Below, piece after piece: positions 13,670-27,306 of a stretch of 64,000 nucleotides of DNA. The stretch covers positions 203,732,001 to 203,796,000 of the forward strand of contig OZ024743.1 of assembly GCA_964016885.1 (NCBI GenBank). The letters run 5' to 3'. Made by a program: the position numbers and the translations under genes. The notes beneath the pieces were generated by a model. That model was not told the DNA's origin. It saw nothing but the letters and a program-made list of their open reading frames with translations, and did not search any database. The stretch is from Eledone cirrhosa (Eukaryota). How positions within the stretch are numbered: position 1 is the first letter of the stretch; every line of letters begins with the position of its first letter.

Positions 13670-14127
13670 AAGTTATATTTAAAATTGTTGGGTTACAACT
13701 AGTAAATATTTATAACTGATATAAAAGCACTCGACAAATATTTGGAGTATATTTACAATATTAAATAAATGGAAACTATATTTATAAAACCATATTTATT
13801 TCATTATATATATTTCGGGGATATCATATTAACAATATGCTATGCCTTCCTCAGACAAAATACAATATAAACAGTTTTATAGATAAAAAGATTCGACATA
13901 CCGTTATAACACCGACTTCCATTTGAAGAGGTTTAAGCTGCCAGCTTAAACCTCTTCAAATGGAAGTCGGTGTTATAACGGTATGTCGAATCTATTTATC
14001 TATAAAACTGTTTATATTGTATTTTGTCTGAGGAAGGCATAGCATATTGTTAATATGATATCCCCGAAATATATATAATGAAATAAATATGGTTTTATAA
14101 ATATAGTTTCCATTTATTTAATATTAT
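13670..14127. mobile_element. inverted PLE pseudo-LTR pair (palindrome centred at 13941) with hammerhead motif
   Basis: Arms ~13757-13940 and 13942-14125. Homologous to the termini of the PLE at 20125-23540. CTGAGGA at 14028 and GAAA at 14066. Confidence 0.8.
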
Positions 14128-14147
14128 AATACATACATATATATATT

Positions 14148-14203
<56 letters not shown>

Positions 14204-14485
14204 TATTTATTAAAATAACAGATTAAAGTTTAAGCAAAGAATCGCTGCTTTCACCCTTAACGGGATTCATATATATATATATGTAAGTATGTATGTATAT
14301 ATGTATATATATATATTTATTTATATATATACATTATGATACGCTAAAATACAATATAAGACTGTAAAATAATATATACACTGCAATGTATCCAACGCTT
14401 TGTATATCTTTATATATTTGTATTTGTTATATATCAAATGTACAAACACGTGTAACATTCTTTTCATGCATAAACCTATACGATG

Positions 14486-14546
<61 letters not shown>

Positions 14547-15104
14547 GTATGGCTAATACTTTCGAATATGAATCCAAAGGCAAATACTTATATATATATA
14601 TAAATAAAAAAAAACTTTTTTGTACTGTTGACCATGTTATTCTTCACTCTTTCTATATATATTTGCTCCCGGGTCATCTTGTGTTGTACTGGCCGCTCTC
14701 TCTCTCTATATATATAGACAGAGAGAGAGAGAGAGAGAGAAAGAAAGAGAGAGAGAGAGAGAGAGAGAGGTCCGTACAACACAAGATGACCCGGGGGCAA
14801 ACAGTTAAAACGCTAGAAAAGAGTAAAACAGTTAAAACAGGGTAAAAGAAAAAAAGGGAAGCAATATAGAAAAAGAAAACAACGTGTTGACAAAATATAC
14901 CTGAAAAGTAAGAATATTGTGCCCAGAGAAAATATATGCAGCAAATATAACGAACATGAATCTGACGCTTCATGTAAAACCTTTTATCAAAATAGGGTAT
15001 GGAAATAGAAGAATAAGAAATAAGAAAATCTGTAGGAACGATACCGAGTTGAAGAACAAAGTGGATTGAATGGTTACAAACACACACATATATATATGAG
15101 TTCA

Positions 15105-15386
<282 letters not shown>

Positions 15387-15706
15387 TTGTAAATCGACCT
15401 TCAACTGCAGTACAGCAGGTACAATTCGATTTGTTTTGAGGCAATCACAGAGCACTCAATGGAACGAAAGTTAAAACAAACATTAAGTCCAGAGTTTAAA
15501 ATATGTGACACCAAGAGAACCGACCGAAGGCACAAACTATACGTTATATATATAGTGTGAGATAGATAGATAGATAGAGGGAGAGAGAGAGAAAGAAAGA
15601 GAGAGGGAAATGAAAGACAGTCTGTGGTGTTGAAACGGGGGAGACCGCTTGGCGCCGGAGTCATGATTTTAGCTATCTCCCCCCCCCCCTCTCTTTATAT
15701 ATATAT

Positions 15707-15774
<68 letters not shown>

Positions 15775-15929
15775 GATAACAAAATATCGTTATAGGTAAT
15801 CTAGTTAGAGGTTGTGAATACTTCGAATTGTGGAGTTTTAGCGTACGGCGTTGTTTGACTCAACAAAAGGTTTCCGAGTTTATAACCTCTCTTGCATTCC
15901 TATGTAAGTTTATCTTGGAGTAATAATAT

Positions 15930-16276
15930 TGAAAGAGTGAAGAATAACATGGTCAACAGTACAAAAAGGGGTGGGGGGTATTTACAGTCTTAACAATTGT
16001 TTCACTGATTAAATTGTCTAAAAATTGCTGAACACTTGAAGCTGTGCCATTCAATTTTAAATAGGTTGTTAGCTTAACCAGATCTTCAGTAAAAACTGTT
16101 ACAATATGCTCAGTTTCCAGGAATTCAAATTACAACATCATTAATAAAGATTGAGTGGCACAGCTTCAAGTGATCAGCAAGTTTTAGACAACTTAATCAG
16201 AGAAACAATTGTTAAGACTGTAAATAAAAACCCCCTTTTTTGTACTGTTGACCATGTTATTCTTCACTCTTTCTAT
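15930..16276. mobile_element. inverted-repeat PLE pseudo-LTR-like element with long-stem hammerhead motif
   Basis: Arms ~15930-16060 and 16143-16276. Minus strand has CTGAAGA-tctggttaa...ttaatcagt-GAAA. The terminal ~40 nt also occur at 14615-14655. Confidence 0.6.
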
Positions 16277-16377
16277 ATATATATATATTAATATATATTA
16301 TAGATTCGTCTTTATATATGTATATATATATATATATATATAATGAGATCTAAATCACTGGATATCGATCTAAACCC

Positions 16378-16408
<31 letters not shown>

Positions 16409-16446
16409 CATTATTATTATTATCATCATTATTATACATACATACA

Positions 16447-16810
16447 GGGCGGTGGATTGGCAGTATCGGTAGAAAGTCGGACACCATGTTTTGCAACATA
16501 CAGTTACAGCCCTTTATGATCTGAGATCAAATCCTGCCGAGGTTAACTTTGCCCTTCATCCTTACGGAGTCGATAAAATAAAGTACCAGTCACGCACTGG
16601 GGTCGATTTAATCGACTTCCCTCAATATATGCTGGCTTTGTGCCTATGTAAGAAACCATAGGGCGGTGTATTGGCAGTGTAGGTAAAGAGTCGGACAACA
16701 TGCTTTCCAGCATAGGGGTTAACATAGCCTTTCATCCTTATGGTGTTGATAAAATAAAGTACGAGTTACGCACTGATATAATTGCTGGCCTTGTGCCGAA
16801 ATTAGAAACA
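16447..16810 (+). mobile_element. two head-to-tail SINE-A copies downstream of (ATT)n
   Basis: A box TGGCAGTATCGG, B-box-like GAGATCAAATCC, core, tail GCTGGCCTTGTGCC...TAGAAAC. The second copy is internally deleted. Confidence 0.85.
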
Positions 16811-16829
16811 AAAATCATACATACATATA

Positions 16830-17550
16830 GAACATCTTATACAAAATCACTGGGGGCTAGATTGCTATAGAAGCATCTTTCCCTTGGGATAAAAAAATAT
16901 CCATATTGCAGTTTCGTCACGTTGTCCGTATATACGAATATTTAGATCTAAGTATGCGTGCTGGATTAATTTCTTGCTCCATGCGGGTGCAATGAAAAAT
17001 GATCCCACTTCTGTTAACAGGTATATAGTTATTATTTTCTTATTCTTGTGACGCTAAACTCCACCGGTTGCAGACTGCGCATCAACATGAGATACCTCTC
17101 TCCACAAAGTTCGATCACCAGCAGCAGAGTTCAAAAGCAAAGATCAGGTCCAGTCCATAAGTTGACATTGTCAAGCCATCGGTTTTGGATGCCGGCCTTT
17201 GCTTCTCTTACCAGCCAACCGTCCTTCCAGGCATAACCTACTCACACCACGAGTTGATCTTTTTATATGACCTTATAGATTGAGTACTCTTGACTTGACA
17301 ATTAATGTAATTGGTCTAAGTTTTGTAATGTTGAGCAGCTCACTGATACAGATACTATCGCTGTATACTATACAGAAAAAATCCTCCCAAGAGAAAACCG
17401 TTCTGTTAACGATGGCCATATCAATCTATTGAGGGGCTCTCTGTTATTCTTTGGAGTATGAAACTGCAGTAAGGATTTTTTTTTTTTTTAACCCTAGGGA
17501 AATATGCTTCTATAGAAAGCTACCCCTCGGTTATTTTGTATAAGATGTTC
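16830..17550. mobile_element. element bounded by ~90-bp inverted repeats, TA-flanked (MITE or inverted PLE ends)
   Basis: GAACATCTTATACAAAAT...TGCAGTTTC at 16830-16915 is the reverse complement of 17460-17550. Confidence 0.65.
17045..17330 (-). mobile_element. 3' fragment of an RTE-clade LINE nested in the inverted-repeat element
   Basis: Minus strand RWLDNVNLWTG...AGDRTLWREVSH, a typical RTE C-terminus. Confidence 0.6.
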
Positions 17551-17659
17551 TATATGTATTTAATTCTCTGAATTATGATTTTTTTTAGCGATTCTTTTCA
17601 TAAATATGTTATACATATTCTGACAAAATTACTTATGTGTATATATAAATGTGTGCGTG

Positions 17660-17849
17660 TGAAAGCGCGTGGTTGAGTGGTTAAAGAACTGGATTCGCAA
17701 TCGTGAGGTTGTTAGTTTGATTCCTGGACCGGTTGATGTGTTATGTCTTTGTGTCTTTGAGCAAGACACTTTATTTCACGTTGCTCCTTCTTCCTGGACT
17801 TGCGACCGGTAGATAGTATTAGCAACGAGGGCTGGGATCTTGTCGATCG

Positions 17850-17850
<1 letters not shown>
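17660..17850 (+). mobile_element. tRNA-derived SINE family B (CORE-like)
   Basis: A box TGGTTGAGTGG, B-box-like GTTTGATTCC, TTGAGCAAGACACTT core-like motif. A second copy lies at 27560-27722 (-). Confidence 0.65.
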
Positions 17851-17914
<64 letters not shown>

Positions 17915-18559
17915 CTAAATTCCAGACCTATAAATACATATCTACATACAAATAAAATGTCTGGACATGCAATCTACGCATTTCAATATAGACATGACAT
18001 GTACATACATACATAGATGTTGACGCATACATACATACATACATACATACATACATACATACATACATACATACATACATACATACATACATAGATATTG
18101 ACTCATGCATAAAATTACATACTCTGTTACATATTTTAAGGCAGTTAATCCACTTTACCTATGTCCAACCTACAAAACAAAGACACCCTCATTGTGCTGT
18201 TCCTCTCATATATTTCATGAGTTAACATTTAATCTGCTGCTTCAAGTACATAATAAAGAATTTTGTCGAAAACTATTAAACATTGTATTTCAAAAATCTA
18301 CCGTTGTTTGTTATACATCTTTTTATAAAAGTGTCATAAAATTCATTGATTAACTTATTCCCCCTCTCTCTACCTCTATTCACCCCTCAAGCACCACCAC
18401 ACCTGTGCCCTCCCGATTCCACACACCCCTCTCACTTGTTTATAACTTTTATTTTCCACTTCATGTTCAATTTTCAATTTATTTTTATTTCTATTTTTCT
18501 CGCTAATTCCCCTCTCACTCCTAGTGGGATTTCCCCTGCCACCCCACCACCCCACACAC

Positions 18560-18600
18560 ACTCCCCTGATGAAGGGATTAAGCCCGAAACGTCGCAACCA
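18560..18600 (+). ncRNA. minimal type I hammerhead ribozyme motif (PLE-associated)
   Basis: CTGATGA-agggattaagccc-GAAAC-GTC. Stem II is GGG/CCC, with the palindromic stem III typical of PLE hammerheads; stem I is degraded. Confidence 0.55.
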
Positions 18601-18703
18601 CCCCACCCCCACCCCACTCTCACCAAGCGTGAAACTAATAATATTTGTAACATTTACTCCTGCGTTTGTCTGGGTTTTTTTTGTTTTGTTTACTGTTATT
18701 TCG

Positions 18704-18769
<66 letters not shown>

Positions 18770-19353
18770 TCGGCGCATGTTTCTCAGACATGACATCCTT
18801 AATTTAATTTTGGTTATATATACACCTCCTAAATAGTTGAGCTTACATCAGTTGAAAGGACTTGGCTGCTATTTCTAGCTATCGATAATCCTATTCACGC
18901 CACTGGGATGACAGTGGCGTGATGTATATATATAATTTTTTATACTACACGTGCTTTTCGTCATTCACATATTTGCATTTAGTGTGTAAACACTAATGTT
19001 AATTCTCCTCCGTTGCTGATGATCCGAAATTTTACTACTGTGATTTACCGATTAATGGTGAAATATATTTCTTTATTTAATGAAATATATACAAAGGAGA
19101 TTAATCATTACTGTAAGGTATCTATACTTGAAGTTCTTGTTAAATTTTTTATTGTTAATTTGTTACCTACGTAACTATGTGTGCTTACACTATTTACAAA
19201 TTATCCCCTGTGATTGTTTGATGTGTTTATTCTATATATAAATATATGTCAATCGATTTTTAATTGAATGCTAATAAATGCTCGGATCTATCCCTTATTC
19301 TACAAAGGGTATGGCGCATGTTTCTCAGACATGACATCCTTAATTTAATTTTG

Positions 19354-19389
<36 letters not shown>

Positions 19390-19392
<3 letters not shown>

Positions 19393-19520
19393 TATTAAAA
19401 TAACTTTCACCCTTAACGGGATCTTCTGAAGATTCCGTTAAGAGTGAAAGCAACGATTCTTTGCTTAAACTTTAATCTGTTATTTTAATAAATATTTGCT
19501 CTATGGTTTTTATATATTTT
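19390..19520 (+). mobile_element. PLE pseudo-LTR-like fragment with hammerhead core and partial inversion
   Basis: CTGAAGA-ttccgttaagagt-GAAA preceded by its own partial reverse complement. Same family as 14205-14270 (-). Embedded in (TA)n. Confidence 0.55.
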
Positions 19521-19593
19521 ATATATATATATTATCCTTATCGAGCCCTCTTCAGATTTTAGTCTTCACATTTATTATTATTACTATATATAG

Positions 19594-19631
<38 letters not shown>

Positions 19632-19671
19632 CTATATATAGTAATATATATATATATATATATATATATAG

Positions 19672-19787
<116 letters not shown>

Positions 19788-19800
19788 AAACGTTTAATAG

Positions 19801-20102
19801 AAATATCCAAGGGTGAGAGCTCTCAGCCCATTGGACGAGTTTGGTATAAATAGTTACAACAGTGGCATAAACATGTACTTAAATCTCTTTGGGTTCTGGA
19901 CCCCAACTCATTCATATATATATATAAATAGTTACAACAATGACATAAACAGGTACATAAATTTCTTGATACTTTTCTTATGACACGCTGAATGAGGTGG
20001 GGTCCAGAACCCAAAGAGATTTAAGTACATGTTTATGCCACTGTTGTAACTATTTATACCAAACTCGTCCAATGGGCTGAGTGCTTTCACCCTTGGATAT
20101 TT
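19801..20102. mobile_element. fold-back element (~112-bp arms) in (TA)n
   Basis: 19801-19913 is the reverse complement of 19990-20102; the spacer holds a diverged partial copy of the arm. Confidence 0.65.
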
Positions 20103-21679
20103 ATATATATATATATATATATATACGATATTAATAAATGGAAACTATATTTATAAAACCATATTTATTTCATTATATATATTTCAAGGATACCAAGTTA
20201 CATTATGGTATGCCTTCATCAGACAAAATACAATATATAACAGTTTTATAAATAGATATTGACGTACCCCTTTTAAAAAATTGACCGTTGTTTTGGGAGG
20301 CCATCAGGATAGTGATTTGTTTACTTTAGTAAGTCATAGTCTTAAGAGTAAGTAAAAAGATGGAGAGAGAGAGAAACGTGGAGAAAAGAAAGGGAGAGAT
20401 AGATAAAGAAAAAGAAGAAAACAAAAAGAAAAGAGAACAGAGGAAAAATAACGGGGAGATATCAAACCATCAGACAGAGAAAAAAATCCAGAGAGAGATA
20501 TATAGAGATAGAGAGAGGGGGGAGAGAACGAAAGCCTTAAGTTATGTCATATTAAGTTGAGTTAACAATTGGGATGAAAAGCATAAATAAAATTAGAAAT
20601 ATTAATATTCATGAATGGAATATAGATATATAATATGAGAAATTACACATTGTTTAATTATGATTAGATATTTAGCTATACATGAATAGATATGTGTGTG
20701 CATCTTCAATTGGTATACACGCGTCACTCATGCATATATACAGACAGACATATAATCATAAAAAAGCATATAACACATGTATATGTATGTCAACACACAC
20801 ATATAGATACATTAGCCGTATATAGATATAATCAACATATAACATAGTACAATTGAGTATATAAAATACAAAAGGATTATATTTTGGAAATATAATTATA
20901 TCAATATAACTTAAAAAGCAAACGAATTCTACAAATAACAAAATACTAAAATATCTCAAAATATTATAGAATATTTTAAGTTAAAATAATATGTTTAATA
21001 TATTTAGTATAGAAATTAATCTTACGTATATTTTAATCAAGATATTGAAAGGACAAACATTTGAAAATTATGAGAAGCTATCAGAATAAAAAATAAATCT
21101 AATAAAAATTATGAGAAACTATCAGAATAAAAACAAATCTAATAAAAATAAAAATATAAAATGAAAAATAAAATGAATCTAATAAAAAAATAAATAAATA
21201 AAATGAATCTAATAAAAAAAAATATAAATCTAATAAAAAATAAAATATTATATCAATATAACTTAAAAAACAAGGATTCTACAGATATCAAAATATTAAA
21301 AAGTTTTAAAATAAAAATAAAAAATAAAGAAATTTTAAAAAAATTTTTAAATTTTTTTAAAAATTTCAAAAAATTAAAAAAAAATTTTTTTAAATCTTTA
21401 AAATTTCAAAAATTTTAAAACTTTTTTAAAAAATTTAAAACCTCTTAAAATATAGAATATTTTAAGCTAAAATAATATGTTTAGTATAGAAATTTATCTT
21501 ACGTATATTTTATTCAAGATATTGAAAGGATAAACTTTTCTAGAATAGTTTATTATATTTATAATTATATTTATGAAGAAAATTTATACTTGGGTATGAA
21601 GGAATCTAATGATTTATCGACAGGTTAGATATATTAACTAAATTACTTAATTAATTAAACTACATTTTAAATTTATATT

Positions 21680-23130
21680 TATATTTAAACGTTGAGTTCA
21701 ATCTATGTCTACAGCAACTGAATAAATTATTCCTTAAATTAAGGGAATTTTTGGTCTTTAATATAAAAAATATTTTCTCTATACAAAGGTCACAATTTTC
21801 TGAAGAGGAATTAAAAGGAGTAGCTTCTGAAATAATATTCCAAATCAGCGAATATTCAACATTATCTCGTTTTAGGTCCCATAATAGGCTAGATAGCGAA
21901 GTTGAAGATTTTTTGTTTGGATCTGTAAAAGAATTTTTATGATTATTGAAGCGGGATTTAAATTCTGTAGAGGTAGAACCGACATAGTTAAATGAATTTA
22001 AATTAGTTTTAACATTACAATTTTAAACTACATTTTTAGCTAAGCAGTTGTTATTTAACGGACAGTTGGATTTATTTCTACAGTTACAGTTATTCGATTG
22101 AATATTGCTTGGGTTATTATTGGTATTTTGGTTAGGTTTTAAATTTCTATTATTAATTCTATTAATATTTTGCGCTAAATTTTTGGTGGAAGAGTAGGTT
22201 AATTTTATAGTATGTCTATTAAAAATTGAGTAATATTTAGGTGTTCTAGGGAATCGTTTGTCAAGAGCTTTAAAGAATAGTTTAACAATAGGGGTTTTAA
22301 TATTTAGTGAGAAAGGGGGAGCGAACCATAATATATTCCTAGTTCTATTTCTTTTTCGGCTTTCGGAGTTATAGTAATATTTTCTATTATGGTTGCTGAA
22401 ATTGTTACCATAATTAAAGTTGTTATTATTTTGGTTATTTTGTATATTATTATTATTATCGATGTATTTAATTTTATTTCTATACCCAGCTCTACCTAAC
22501 GCTTCATTGTAATAATGCGCTTTTTCATCAAATATATTCTTATTAGATGAAATTCTTGAAATTCGTTTTTGAACAGAGTTCACTATTGTATTTTTAACGG
22601 ATCTGGGGTGATTAGAGTTAAAATTGATATAATTTAAGTTCTCATTTAGTTTGTGAAATGGATAATGAAGACATGTGTTGAGATTTAGTGTTACATCTAG
22701 AAAATTGACTATTTTATGGTTATTCTCTATTTCTACTTTTAGATGAAGGTAATTAAAAAATTGTATAATTTGTTTTCTTTTTCTATTTAGTTCACAGCTA
22801 TTATTTTCTATAAGTCACGATATCGTCACGATATAAGCCTCCGGTTACATCTGGTATTTTTCTATGTAGAGAATTAATTATAAATAGCCCCACAAGGTCC
22901 GTTATCTAAGCTGAGTCTGAAGATCCCATAGTTATGTCGAAATTATTATTTCTATCTGTCCTAGTCCAGAGTAGGTTATTAAATTCTATTAATGTTTTCT
23001 GTGCCGATAATATAATGTGCATTTCATTGCTAGTTAGGTCTGTATGTTTAAATGCGTAAGTTAGTGCCTTATTCAGTAGATTAGGAGTGATAGATGAGTA
23101 GTAGTTAGCAATATCCAACTGAATAAACTT
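21680..23130 (-). pseudogene. disrupted PLE ORF: RT, CxCx5Cx5C linker, GIY-YIG endonuclease
   Basis: DIANYYSSI...FDITMGS...GLYRDD (RT); WFAPPFS; CNCRNKSNCPLNNNC; YVGSTSTEFKSRFNNH...CDLC...CRH. In-frame stops and frameshifts. Confidence 0.85.
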
Positions 23131-23142
23131 ATTATTATAGTT

Positions 23143-23292
23143 ATTTCCAGCATAGTTACGTCCCTTTATGATCTGAGTTCAAATCCCGCCGAGGTTGACT
23201 TTGACTTTCATCCTCACGGGGTCGATAAAATAAAGTACCAGTAATGCACTGGGTAATTGCTGGCCTTGTGCCTAAAGTAGAAACAATTATTA
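23143..23292 (+). mobile_element. 5'-truncated SINE-A at the PLE inversion junction
   Basis: B box GAGTTCAAATCC, core, tail GGCCTTGTGCCTAAAGTAGAAACAATTATT. Confidence 0.85.
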
Positions 23293-23344
23293 TAGTTATA
23301 TTTAATTTCTTTAAACCAATCGATAACCTCACTATTATATATTG

Positions 23345-23409
23345 TATTTTGTCTGATGAAGGCATACCATAATGTAACTTGGTATCCTTGAAATATATAT
23401 AATGAAATA
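23345..23409 (+). ncRNA. type I hammerhead ribozyme in PLE pseudo-LTR (mirror copy on - strand at ~20166-20230)
   Basis: Stem I TATTTTGT/ATGAAATA (two G-U), CTGATGA 23353-23359, stem II AGG(C)ATACCA/TGGTATCCT, GAAA 23390-23393, palindromic TATATA stem III, AUA cleavage triplet. Confidence 0.7.
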
Positions 23410-23536
23410 AATATGGTTTTATAAATATAATTTCCATTTATTAATATCGTATATCTACTCCAAATATTTGTCGAGTGCTTTATATCAGTTATAAAAATAT
23501 TTGCTTGTTGTATCCCAACAATTTAAATAAAACTTT

Positions 23537-23637
<101 letters not shown>

Positions 23638-24109
23638 GAGGTGAGAGCATATGCTGTATATTTATATACAATAAACATACGAGAGCCTCGCTAACAAAGA
23701 GAATTTCTTTTTTTCTCTTTTGCACTATGAACATGGCACAGATATATGGAATAGTGAGTAGTGAATTGCAAAATTGGAGTAAAAACCACTTGAAAGTAGG
23801 AACAAATACATTAGGTTATTCCAGAGTGGGGCAGCCGCAAGACCTCGCCAGCTTTTAGTAAAAGACAACATTCATGACATCTTTCGAAGGATGTTTATAA
23901 TGTCTCATCCAGAAATTTCATCAAAAGACCTCGTCTTAGCTGTTCCATTTATGGAGAAATAGACACACAGCTTGGTCACTCAAATATAAGATTGATTCAA
24001 TTTTAACGCAAGAGGAAAGTAAAATTGTCTCCATGTGTTTCATGTAGACATTGCGTATGAATATATTGAATACTGAACTTGTGGAATACTAGAAACTTTT
24101 ATCTTAGTA

Positions 24110-25044
24110 CTAGCAGTAAAGCCCGGCGTTGCTCGGGGTCGCTCAGTAGCTGTGTTAAAGTTACAATGTTAAGTTTCTTTTTTGGCTTAAAAACTGTAGT
24201 GTCTACTGTGCAGACTTGCATGTGGTGTTTTTGATTAATATTCCCTCAACCAACAATATGCCTTATGAAGTTAATAAAACATAACGATAACCCGAATGTT
24301 ATAACAAAAGAGGATGCTGGGGATAAAAAACTGCACTGGTTATTTATTAACAAAGATCGAAAATGTAAACACTGCAACGCAGAGAAAAACACTAGCGTAA
24401 CCAAATTATCAGTTATGTCTGTCTGCACGCCTATATCACCTCTCTGCACGACTGTCTGTCTGCACGCCTATATCACCTCTCTGCACGACTGTCTGTCTGC
24501 ACGCCTATATCACCTCTCTGCACGACTGTCTGTCTGCACGCGTATATCACCTCTCTGCACGACTGTCTGTCTGCACGACTGTCTGTCTGCACGCCTAACG
24601 ACGAAATATTTGCTTGTTTTACGTAGTCTTTAAATAGACTTATTTTCAAGTAAAAATATTGTTTTAAAATGCTTTTAAATGGAAATGAAGCAAAACGGAA
24701 GCTTAGTGTTCGAACTGATGAATTTTGCAGGTCAATATTTTGCTGGCTCGACAACTGTTAATGTCATTTTAAACGCTGAGAAAGCCAGCGTAATTTTTTA
24801 CGTAAGACGCTCAATGTAAACAGAACAAAGGGAAATAACTGATCACTTACGCTCAAAAATCGATACATTATATTCGATTTCGTCACATAGGGTGGGTCAA
24901 TTTGAAATTTTTTTTTCCGATGTCTTCGCTAGGGCTCAATGTACAAGTATAGCAATTTCGGTGCAATTCCGTGAGAGATTCTAAGAGGAGATGTGTGCCA
25001 AAAATCGATAGACAGACAGACAACCACAGTTTTATATATATAGA
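24110..25044 (-). mobile_element. non-autonomous Helitron (Lep1-like)
   Basis: Minus strand starts TCTATATATATAA with nearby (CTGT)n and ends with the hairpin CCCGAGCAACGCCGGG followed by CTAG. Inserted between A and T. Confidence 0.75.
24419..24595. repeat. 37-bp minisatellite inside the Helitron
   Basis: CTGCACGCCTATATCACCTCTCTGCACGACTGTCTGT, about 4.5 copies. Confidence 0.9.
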
Positions 25045-26461
25045 TTAGTTTAAATGTTTGTATCTAATATATGCATTCGGTTCCAAAATGTTTAATCTTT
25101 TTAAATTCTCCTCCATATGTATTGGTTACTAAAAAGCTTCTATATTATTTCTGTCAATCATTGCTCAACATCAAATCCCTTTTCTATGGTGACTATTTCA
25201 AATGAAGTTGCCTCTCTAATTTCAGGGTTTTAGACATATACTGTTTTTTTTTTTTGTAGGAGTTTTCGGCCAGCACAAAGTATTCTTAATAACAGTGCCA
25301 AAAGCACCTGACTACTCTGAATTGGACACTGGGATAATTAAATGTCTCTAAATATTATACATTTCAGCCCTTTTGTGTATCATTGTATTGGGTACCATCA
25401 AAGTACGGCTTAACAAAAAAGTATGTGCTATTTTCATGGGGAACTGATCTGAAGAAAGCTCAAACAGTGCGCCCAGAGTGAGTGCACTGTACCGTGGCGA
25501 GTAGATTACTGCTATGTAAGAAGTAAGGAGTTAATTCTTAAAGCTGTAGTTTTTCTTTTATCTCACCTTTAGTTATTTTAGCAGAAAGATACATGGAATC
25601 AAGATATCACAAGTGTTTTATATTTCTCTGTTTTGGCTTTTTGTAAAACAAAATAAAAAAATTGGAAACAGAAAATACTTTCTAAGTCACACTTTACTAT
25701 TGAGGTGGGCAGTTGAAAACCATATGAGAGAAGAGGGAAGGGGAAAGCTACAGACTGATAACAGCTATATCAGATAAATAACAAGATAAAATGGCGTTTA
25801 CAAACGACAATATATTAGAATCCTTTACAATTGTTTCGGATCATAAAACCAGCATATTTTCCTATTCTAGAAGCTATCTTAGAGATGCTGTGTATTTTCC
25901 CATTTTGTATATTCCCTTGGAGAATATCTCTACATTGAAATTAAACAACCTGTTTCATTCCTGTATATCGGAAAGCAAATTTGAAAAAATAACTGATTAT
26001 GATTGTTTGTAAAATATACTGCATTGTTCTCATTAATTGATATTGAAACGTCGTAATACTATTTTCTACTATTGTACTCATACGAATTAGAGTGTTAATT
26101 AATTATGTTTAATTCAATTAAGTTCAAATTTCCTGAGCTACAATAAATATGTTGACAGTGTGACATTGCTTCCCTTTGATCACAACCATAGTGTTAAATT
26201 GATTTCAACACGAACGTGTCTGTGTCTAGTAAAATTATATTGCAGATGAAAAAAAGAAACCCGTAACCTATTTATCTGATCTTTACCAAAAATTGATATA
26301 AAATTCTTACCGTTTTGACTCCAGTATGTTTATATATTATGAGTGCAAAAATGCATTAAAGTAACTTACTGTGACGAAGAGGCAAAGCCAATACAAATTA
26401 ATATATTCCTCGTGTCAATTGAATAGATGAAAATGTAGCACATTTTACAGCAACCAATCAG

Positions 26462-27306
26462 ATGTCAGTTATAACAATTGTTTCTACTTTTGGCCAGCAA
26501 TTATCTCAGTGTGTTACTGGTGCTTTATTTTATCGACCCCGGAAGGATGAAAGGCAAAGTTAACCTCGGCGGGATTTGAACTCATACCATAAAGGGCTGT
26601 AACTCTTTGTTGCAAAGCATGGCGTCCGACCCTCTACTGATACTGCCAATCCACCGCCTGGGGGATGTCAGTTATAATAATGATGTCTAGTAGAGGCACA
26701 AGGTCAGTAATTTGGGAGGAGGGCAAAATCGATTAAATCGATCCCAGTGCATTACTGGTGCTTTAGTTTATCGACCCCGTAAGGATGAAAGGCAAAGTTA
26801 ACCTCCGCGTGATTAGAACTCAGACCTAAAAGACCGTAACTCTATGCTGCAAAGCATGGCGTCCGAGCTTCTACCGATACTGCCAATCCACCGCCCTTAT
26901 GTCTGTTATAATAATGGTTTCTTATATAAGCACAAGGCCAGTAATGTGGGGGGAAGGGAAGGTCAATTAAATCCACACCAGTGCATCACTGGTACTTTAT
27001 TTTAAAGGCAAAGTTAACGCCGGCGTGATTTGAACTCAGATCATAGAGAGCCGTAACTCTTTGCTGCAAAGCATGGCGTCCGACCCTCTACCGATATTGC
27101 CAATCCACCGCCCTTATGTCAGTTATAATAATTGTTTCTACTTTTGGCACAAGGCCAGTAATTACCCAGTTCATTACTGGTACTTTATTTTATCGACCCC
27201 GTAAGGATGAAAGGCAAAGTCAACCTCGGCGGGATTTGAACTCAGATCGTAAAGGGACGTAACTATGCTGGAAAGCATGGCGTCCGACCCTCTACTGATG
27301 CTGCCA
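26462..27306 (-). mobile_element. four stacked SINE-A copies
   Basis: Copies at ~26475-26658, 26678-26897, 26910-27113 and 27128-27306, each preceded on + by ATGTC(A/T)GTTATA. Confidence 0.9.

Noticed and set aside
25200-25530. Possible host exons after polypyrimidine-AG sites
   Set aside because: Frames close quickly, with no recognisable protein or consistent donor.
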